In this document: positions 56,683-64,000 of the stretch, one piece after another
Layout: each line of letters starts with the position of its first letter
How positions within the stretch are numbered: the first letter of the stretch is position 1
NCBI GenBank assembly: GCA_964634875.1
Contig: CAZWKA010000001.1
Coordinates: 37,600-101,599 of the forward strand
From: an uncultured Gammaproteobacteria bacterium
GTDB lineage: Bacteria > Patescibacteriota > Patescibacteriia > Magasanikbacterales > GWA2-37-8
DNA: 64,000 nt
Reading direction: 5' to 3'
Translations under genes and position numbers: made by a program
Notes under the pieces: generated by a model
Seen by the model: the letters and a program-made list of their open reading frames with translations, nothing else
What the model was told of the DNA's origin: nothing
The model's database searches: none

Positions 56683-57138
56683 ATGAAAGTCCGCGATATC
56701 ATGGAAACAAACGTTATAACTGTTTCGCCCGATACGTCGTATCATGATATTGCCCGTATTTTGTATGAAAAAAATATTAGCGGTATGCCGGTAGTGGATG
56801 CTGCGGGCGAGGTGCTGGGTATTGTGTCGGAAAAAGATATCTTTCGGGTACTGTATCCTTCGTACCAAAATCTCTATGATGACATGGGTGCGGCAACTGC
56901 GAGTTATTTGGAAGGGCGTGAAAAGGAAGCTCAGCAAAAAGAAAATATCCCGGCCAGTGCTTTTATGACCAAGAATGTTATTCAGCTGCATCCGGACGAC
57001 CCGATCATGAAAGCCGGGTCTCTCATGCTCGCCAAAAATATCAGCCGTTTTCCGGTTGTCGAGAACGGTCGGGTGGTTGGGGTCATTAGCCGCAAGATGA
57101 TTTACCGCGCCATTTTAAAGAAAAGTTTTGGGTTTTAA
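56683..57138 (+). CDS. CBS-domain pair protein
   Basis: two CBS motifs (VITVSPDTSYHDIARIL, ISRFPVVENGRVVGVIS). Confidence 0.8.
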   Translation: MKVRDIMETNVITVSPDTSYHDIARILYEKNISGMPVVDAAGEVLGIVSEKDIFRVLYPSYQNLYDDMGAATASYLEGREKEAQQKENIPASAFMTKNVIQLHPDDPIMKAGSLMLAKNISRFPVVENGRVVGVISRKMIYRAILKKSFGF

Positions 57139-57154
57139 GTGTGCTCAAAAAAAT

Positions 57155-57177
57155 AACCCCGTAGGGGGTTATTTTTG
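57155..57177 (+). terminator. Intrinsic terminator
   Basis: AACCCC-gtag-GGGGTT + ATTTTTG. Confidence 0.65.
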
Positions 57178-57214
57178 TTTACCAAATGTCAGTCGTTGTG
57201 GTGGTTTCAGGTGC

Positions 57215-59857
57215 TTATGATTTTTTCTCCTTATTTGGCTTGGCGCGACGAAATTTATCAAATAGAGCAGTCCTCGTTACCGTATTTGGCTCGCGCGTCT
57301 GTACAGCAGGAGGTTTAGGTTCGTGCTTGGGAGCGTGCTCAAGTTCCTGAAAGGCAGCGAACAGCATGCCTATCGAGATGCCTATTGTAGCTCCGTTCAA
57401 GGCTACGGAATATTTATTTTTTAAAAGACCCTGTACGGTGGGACGAGTGATGACAGTGTCCAATTTTCCGTCTTCCACCCTTAGGCGGCAGTTTTCCTGA
57501 AGGAAGTTTGGTCCATTGCCTAGTAGCGTGAGGGAACCAGCCTGCATAGCAAGCAAAAGAGAAGACGTGACGATGGCGTCTTCGATCGCAGGATTGTTCT
57601 TGAGTACATCTTTGCCGTAGAGCTCGATCGCCAGGTCGGAGAGAACTTTTTGGCCGTATAAGAAAGCGGCTACATTGTCCGCATATGCTGAAATTGCGGC
57701 TTCACTTGTAAACACGGCTGTAGCTGCGGCAATCATTTTCGATAATCGGGTGGGCAGTGCATCTTTGGTGGTTTCAAGTGCCTTAAGCAGGCTCCATTTT
57801 ACGGTTTCAGCCATGGGTTCGACACAGGGCATCTGACTGCCGAGCGCATAGGCGACTTCTTGTGCCGCTGGGCTGAGGAAGTGTTTCTCCGTTTCTTTGC
57901 GCTCAGATCCTTCCGCCCGCTCTTTCAACGTAAGAAATTTTTCGACCGCCATTTTGAGGTGCGGTTCCGATATTTCGCCGATCTGCGCGAGCGTTGCTGT
58001 TAATGTATGAGGCTGTTCGTGCAAAATCCTTTTTTCAATTAAAAGTTGTAAAATTTCTTCCTCAAGCTTTTTTAGTTCGTCGCTACGCTGCGGTTCATTT
58101 TTTTCCTGCAGCGCGCGTTCTGCTGGGCTAAGGACGAATGGCATGCTGCTGCGCAAATCCTGCACCTGCCGGGTAATTCGATCAATCGTTCCTTGGTGAT
58201 CTTTCGAAGACGTATCTGATTCGTCTTCAGCTGCCGCTGTCACCTGGGTGCGAGCAATATCCTGTTGGAGCGAAAGAAGTTCTTGGGAAATTTCACCACT
58301 CGACATTTCGAGGTGTAATTTCATGAGGCGCGCCAAAGATCCTGCATCTCCAGTTTGCGAGGCGGCAGCGATGATTTCTGGTGTAATGGCCTCGGGAAGT
58401 TTTTGTCCCAACAAAGGGGAAACTAATTTTTGAAAGCCGATATTTTCTATGTTGCGTAAGCCATCGAGTTTGCTGTCGATCCATGCTCCGATCGAAACTT
58501 CTATTCCCGGTCTTTTGAGGCGTCCAAGTGCCTCCCCGACTTTGGCAAAGCCGTCCTCATTTTTGCCCATGTCTTTCAGGGCTCCCACCAGTTCTTTGAA
58601 GGAAGATGTGTCGACCTCGCCCGTGGTAATTCCGCGAAGTGCCTGAAGCGTTTTCTTTTCCGCTTCTAAAAATTTGCCACCAAAATCGATGGGGGAGACT
58701 GTAGTAGTCCCGCTAATTGATTTGTCACCGATACCTGCTTCGTTTAACCAGCTGGCGGCTATGGTGTGCGATGCTAGTTGGCTATTGATAATTCCAGCAG
58801 CTTCAATCTGAGCCAGGCGCTTGGGATTGTTCAGGTTTTGGGCGTAGGCAACGATTTTTGGTGGATCACCAACCAGGCTAGACCCCTGAGTATTGCATGA
58901 AAGGGTAACTACCATTTGTTCGAAGTTCTCCATGAGCTTGTTGGCGCGCTCCACGCTATTTCGTTGCATTCGCTCATCATCGCGTTCCTGGCCACAGGCG
59001 GTCAGGGCGTGCCGAGCATAGGACTGTTCGAACAAGAGAGAGAGGACACTTTTCTTTTTTTCATTAAAAGCATTCTTAAGCTGGTCCGCCGCACCAGAAG
59101 AAACGTAGGTCGTTAAAAAGGGGGCCAACACTTCGGTCAAACCCAAAAGCTGAGCCGTTTGTTCTACGAGCTGTTCATTTACTTTTTCTAAATGTTCAGC
59201 CCATTCTCGTTTGTATTCAGTCGCTTCCCGGGCATCGAGACCCCGCTGTGGTCGGGCGGGTAAAAGCCCGCGTTCACTCTGGGCTGCTCCGACTTCGGCC
59301 GCCTGGCCAAAGATGCTGTCGGCGTTGATTTTTATCGCTTGGCTGGCAAAGTCGGCCGCAACGACGAGTGGAATGGTTATGGCGTAACCTTCGAGCAGTG
59401 CATGCTCCTCGTGTTTGGCCAGTTCCTGGCCTTCTTTACCGCCGCCCCATTTGAGGGCTTCGCGCCGTGCTGCATTCACCAGATTAAGTTCAATGATTGA
59501 AGCAGGGCCAAAGGAAGCGGAGCCTTCCTTGCATTTTTTTACCCATCTAAAAAACATCGCGGTGCTGGCGGCTGCGGTGCTGATATTGATGCCTTCAAAA
59601 AGGCTGTTATTACTTTCCTTAGAATCTTTTTTAGATTCGTGGTTGAAAGGGTTTAAAAGCTGCTCAGCTTTGCGTGCTGCCAGAGCTGTTGCGCCTGCTC
59701 CGGCCATTTTTAATACATCCCGTCGGCTGATGCCATGCCCATGTTCTTGAGTAGGGGGGTGGTCGCCATCATGCTTTTCTTCCGGGGTATGTACTTTCTT
59801 GTTTTTGCCTTCTTTTAAAAAAGTACCGATACTCTCCCTGAGGCCGGATAGGCGCAT
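57215..59857 (-). CDS. Large (880 aa) alpha-helical secreted protein with twin-arginine (Tat) signal, hypothetical
   Basis: SRRDVLKMAGAGATALAA Tat motif near N-terminus; no catalytic motif; C-terminal hydrophobic segment. Confidence 0.5.
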   Translation of the reverse strand: MRLSGLRESIGTFLKEGKNKKVHTPEEKHDGDHPPTQEHGHGISRRDVLKMAGAGATALAARKAEQLLNPFNHESKKDSKESNNSLFEGINISTAAASTAMFFRWVKKCKEGSASFGPASIIELNLVNAARREALKWGGGKEGQELAKHEEHALLEGYAITIPLVVAADFASQAIKINADSIFGQAAEVGAAQSERGLLPARPQRGLDAREATEYKREWAEHLEKVNEQLVEQTAQLLGLTEVLAPFLTTYVSSGAADQLKNAFNEKKKSVLSLLFEQSYARHALTACGQERDDERMQRNSVERANKLMENFEQMVVTLSCNTQGSSLVGDPPKIVAYAQNLNNPKRLAQIEAAGIINSQLASHTIAASWLNEAGIGDKSISGTTTVSPIDFGGKFLEAEKKTLQALRGITTGEVDTSSFKELVGALKDMGKNEDGFAKVGEALGRLKRPGIEVSIGAWIDSKLDGLRNIENIGFQKLVSPLLGQKLPEAITPEIIAAASQTGDAGSLARLMKLHLEMSSGEISQELLSLQQDIARTQVTAAAEDESDTSSKDHQGTIDRITRQVQDLRSSMPFVLSPAERALQEKNEPQRSDELKKLEEEILQLLIEKRILHEQPHTLTATLAQIGEISEPHLKMAVEKFLTLKERAEGSERKETEKHFLSPAAQEVAYALGSQMPCVEPMAETVKWSLLKALETTKDALPTRLSKMIAAATAVFTSEAAISAYADNVAAFLYGQKVLSDLAIELYGKDVLKNNPAIEDAIVTSSLLLAMQAGSLTLLGNGPNFLQENCRLRVEDGKLDTVITRPTVQGLLKNKYSVALNGATIGISIGMLFAAFQELEHAPKHEPKPPAVQTREPNTVTRTALFDKFRRAKPNKEKKS

Positions 59858-59882
59858 AGGATTGCTATTAATCCTTAAGGGG

Positions 59883-60320
59883 TTATTTTTTTTCTTCGTT
59901 TTTTTGTCCGCTGACTACCTCTATCATTTTGGAGAGCGCCTCGCCATGTTCTTCGAGGTACGTTATCTGAAACGGATTGAGATCTGTTGTGTTAGACAGT
60001 TTCTCGAGGATAAATTGCTGATATTCGCGGATGGTCTTTAGGTCAGCGTGGCTGACCAGGTCGCAGCCAGCTACCAGTACAGTAGTGTGGTTTTTTATCC
60101 CGTCCACGATCACGAGGCCGTTGCGCATGAGGTATTCTTCTTCGGAGTTTAGCGTCCGGACCAGTGTATTTGAAAAAGAAATAGTTCCCATCAGGCTGGC
60201 GTGCTGGGGCAAGATTTCGAGGTCGCCCGTTTCATTGGTGAGTTTGAGTGACACAACTTCCCCGTCGTAAGAGACGTGTTCAGGTGTTTGGATAGTAAGG
60301 TGGAAGGTGGTTTCAGCCAT
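59883..60320 (-). CDS. atpC: F0F1 ATP synthase epsilon subunit
   Basis: beta-sandwich N-term + helical C-term, position after atpD. Confidence 0.8.
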   Translation of the reverse strand: MAETTFHLTIQTPEHVSYDGEVVSLKLTNETGDLEILPQHASLMGTISFSNTLVRTLNSEEEYLMRNGLVIVDGIKNHTTVLVAGCDLVSHADLKTIREYQQFILEKLSNTTDLNPFQITYLEEHGEALSKMIEVVSGQKNEEKK

Positions 60321-60322
60321 AG

Positions 60323-62651
<2,329 letters not shown>

Positions 62652-62654
62652 ACG

Positions 62655-64000
62655 TTATTTTTTAAAGAAATCAGTTGCCGCGGCTGCTAATTCGCTTTCA
62701 ACTTCGGGAGTTAGGGTTTTACCGGTTTCGATCGTCGTAACCAGTTGTGGTTTAAATGATTCTACGTGTTCCAAGAATTGGATTAATTTGTCGGCTACCG
62801 CTGCTGTTGGAGTTTCGTCAACATACCCTTTGAGCGTAGCGTAGAGCACGGCACATTCCTGCCACAGCGGTCGAGGACGGTTTTGTTTTTGTTTGAGGGC
62901 TTCGATAAGACGTTCGCCGCGGGTCAGTTGCTTTTTGGAAGAAGCATCAAGTTCGCTAGCAAACTGGGCAAAAGCAGCGAGTTCGTAATATTGTGCCAGG
63001 TCAAGCTTGGCGCTGCCAGACAATTTTTTCATGATGTGAGTTTGGGCGGCCGAACCAACGCGTGATACCGAAATACCAACGTTAATAGCCGGACGGATGC
63101 CGCGGTAGAAAAGACCGGGTTCAAGGAAGATCTGACCATCGGTAATGGAAATAACGTTGGTTGGAATATAGGCAGAAACGTCACCAGCCTGCGTTTCAAT
63201 AATAGGCAGAGCCGTGATAGAACCGCCGCCATGTTCGGGATTAAGTTTTACAGCGCGTTCGAGCAAGCGAGAGTGAATATAAAACACGTCACCAGGGTAC
63301 GCTTCGCGACCTGGGGGTTTGCGCAGCAAGAGTGATACTTCACGGTAAGCGATGGCATGCTTTGATAAATCATCGTAGACAACCAGCACATCTTTTCCTT
63401 GTGCTAGGAAAAATTCGGCAATTGCTGCTCCGGCATACGGCGCAAGAAACTGCACAATGGCTGGGTCTCCGGCCGAAGCGGAAACCACGACCGTGTACTG
63501 CATCGCTCCAGTATCGGTGAGTGTTTTGATGACTTGAGCGGTTTTAGAGTCGCGTTGGCCGACAGCAACGTACACACAGATCATGTTTTGGCCTTTCTGA
63601 TTGATGATGGTATCAAGGGCAATGGCAGTTTTACCGGTCTGACGGTCGCCGATAATAAGTTCACGTTGTCCGCGACCAATAGGAATGAGGGAATCGATTG
63701 CCAGGATACCGGTTTGAACCGGTTGTGAAACGGACTCGCGAGCCATAACACCGGCGGCTACGCGTTCAAGTGGCATTAAGACAGTTTTCTGAAGTGGGGG
63801 CTGTTCGTCGAGGGGCTTTCCGAGCGGACTAACAACGCGGCCGATAATCTGGTCGCTGACCGGGATAGCAAGGGATTTTCCGGTGCGGACGGCTGCAAAC
63901 CCGGTGCGGAGCTCGATAGAAGGATCAAGGCTAACGGCGATATTGATATCACGGCCGACCTGGAGCACCACCGCTTCAGTACCGGTTTCTTCGATAGTAA
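62655..64000 (-). CDS. atpA: F0F1 ATP synthase alpha subunit (5' end beyond window)
   Basis: P-loop GDRQTGKTAIA; N-terminal about 55 aa missing, gene runs off the window. Confidence 0.9.
   Translation of the reverse strand, partial: TIEETGTEAVVLQVGRDINIAVSLDPSIELRTGFAAVRTGKSLAIPVSDQIIGRVVSPLGKPLDEQPPLQKTVLMPLERVAAGVMARESVSQPVQTGILAIDSLIPIGRGQRELIIGDRQTGKTAIALDTIINQKGQNMICVYVAVGQRDSKTAQVIKTLTDTGAMQYTVVVSASAGDPAIVQFLAPYAGAAIAEFFLAQGKDVLVVYDDLSKHAIAYREVSLLLRKPPGREAYPGDVFYIHSRLLERAVKLNPEHGGGSITALPIIETQAGDVSAYIPTNVISITDGQIFLEPGLFYRGIRPAINVGISVSRVGSAAQTHIMKKLSGSAKLDLAQYYELAAFAQFASELDASSKKQLTRGERLIEALKQKQNRPRPLWQECAVLYATLKGYVDETPTAAVADKLIQFLEHVESFKPQLVTTIETGKTLTPEVESELAAAATDFFKK

Overview
The window is a bacterial chromosomal segment with a clear two-part composition. 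The backbone is low-GC (roughly 40-48% by eye), has few Shine-Dalgarno sequences, and carries housekeeping genes. These are ileS behind a candidate T-box leader, a Nif3-family gene, ruvA, an SPFH protein, gatB, a pyrimidine dNTP cluster (dcd, a P-loop kinase, dut, thyA, folA, tmk), rplA, ribE-ribH, msrB, a MerR/TipAS regulator, an ABC-2 exporter pair, an LCP protein, an ArsR-headed SRPBCC/DoxX/VOC/NUDIX stress operon, an AlkD-like gene, YihY/BrkB, and the F1 ATP synthase genes atpA (partial), atpG, atpD and atpC. Scattered through this backbone are at least fifteen GC-rich genes (roughly 58-66% by eye) that carry strong AGGAGG-type ribosome-binding sites and mostly encode secreted or lipoprotein products, hydrolases and membrane proteins. 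Many of these sit next to long perfect inverted-repeat hairpins. I found no tRNA, rRNA, CRISPR array, transposase or integrase.

The two loci I consider most worth following up are these. First, at 3852-6709 there is a sigma70-like promoter, a 29-codon ORF whose stop codon sits inside an intrinsic-terminator-like hairpin, and then an ATP-grasp ligase followed by a 459-aa QueC-superfamily protein. That protein has a degenerate PP-loop but an intact QueC-type zinc motif (C-x12-C-x2-C-x2-C). Second, at 17540-20440 there is a tandem array of four unrelated GC-rich lipoprotein genes separated by a shared family of intergenic repeats. Each repeat ends in a conserved motif, then a short hairpin, then a ribosome-binding site.

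Other notable items are a 60-codon remnant of a carbamoyltransferase (pyrB/argF-like) gene, an imperfect palindromic element about 104 bp long inside the dNTP operon, a 19-bp perfect palindrome with a third half-site upstream of msrB, and an 880-aa Tat-signal protein.

Everything here is inferred from sequence reading alone, with motifs recalled from memory; no database search or computation was run. The printed final line appears to contain 41 characters, so coordinates near the window end may be off by one.
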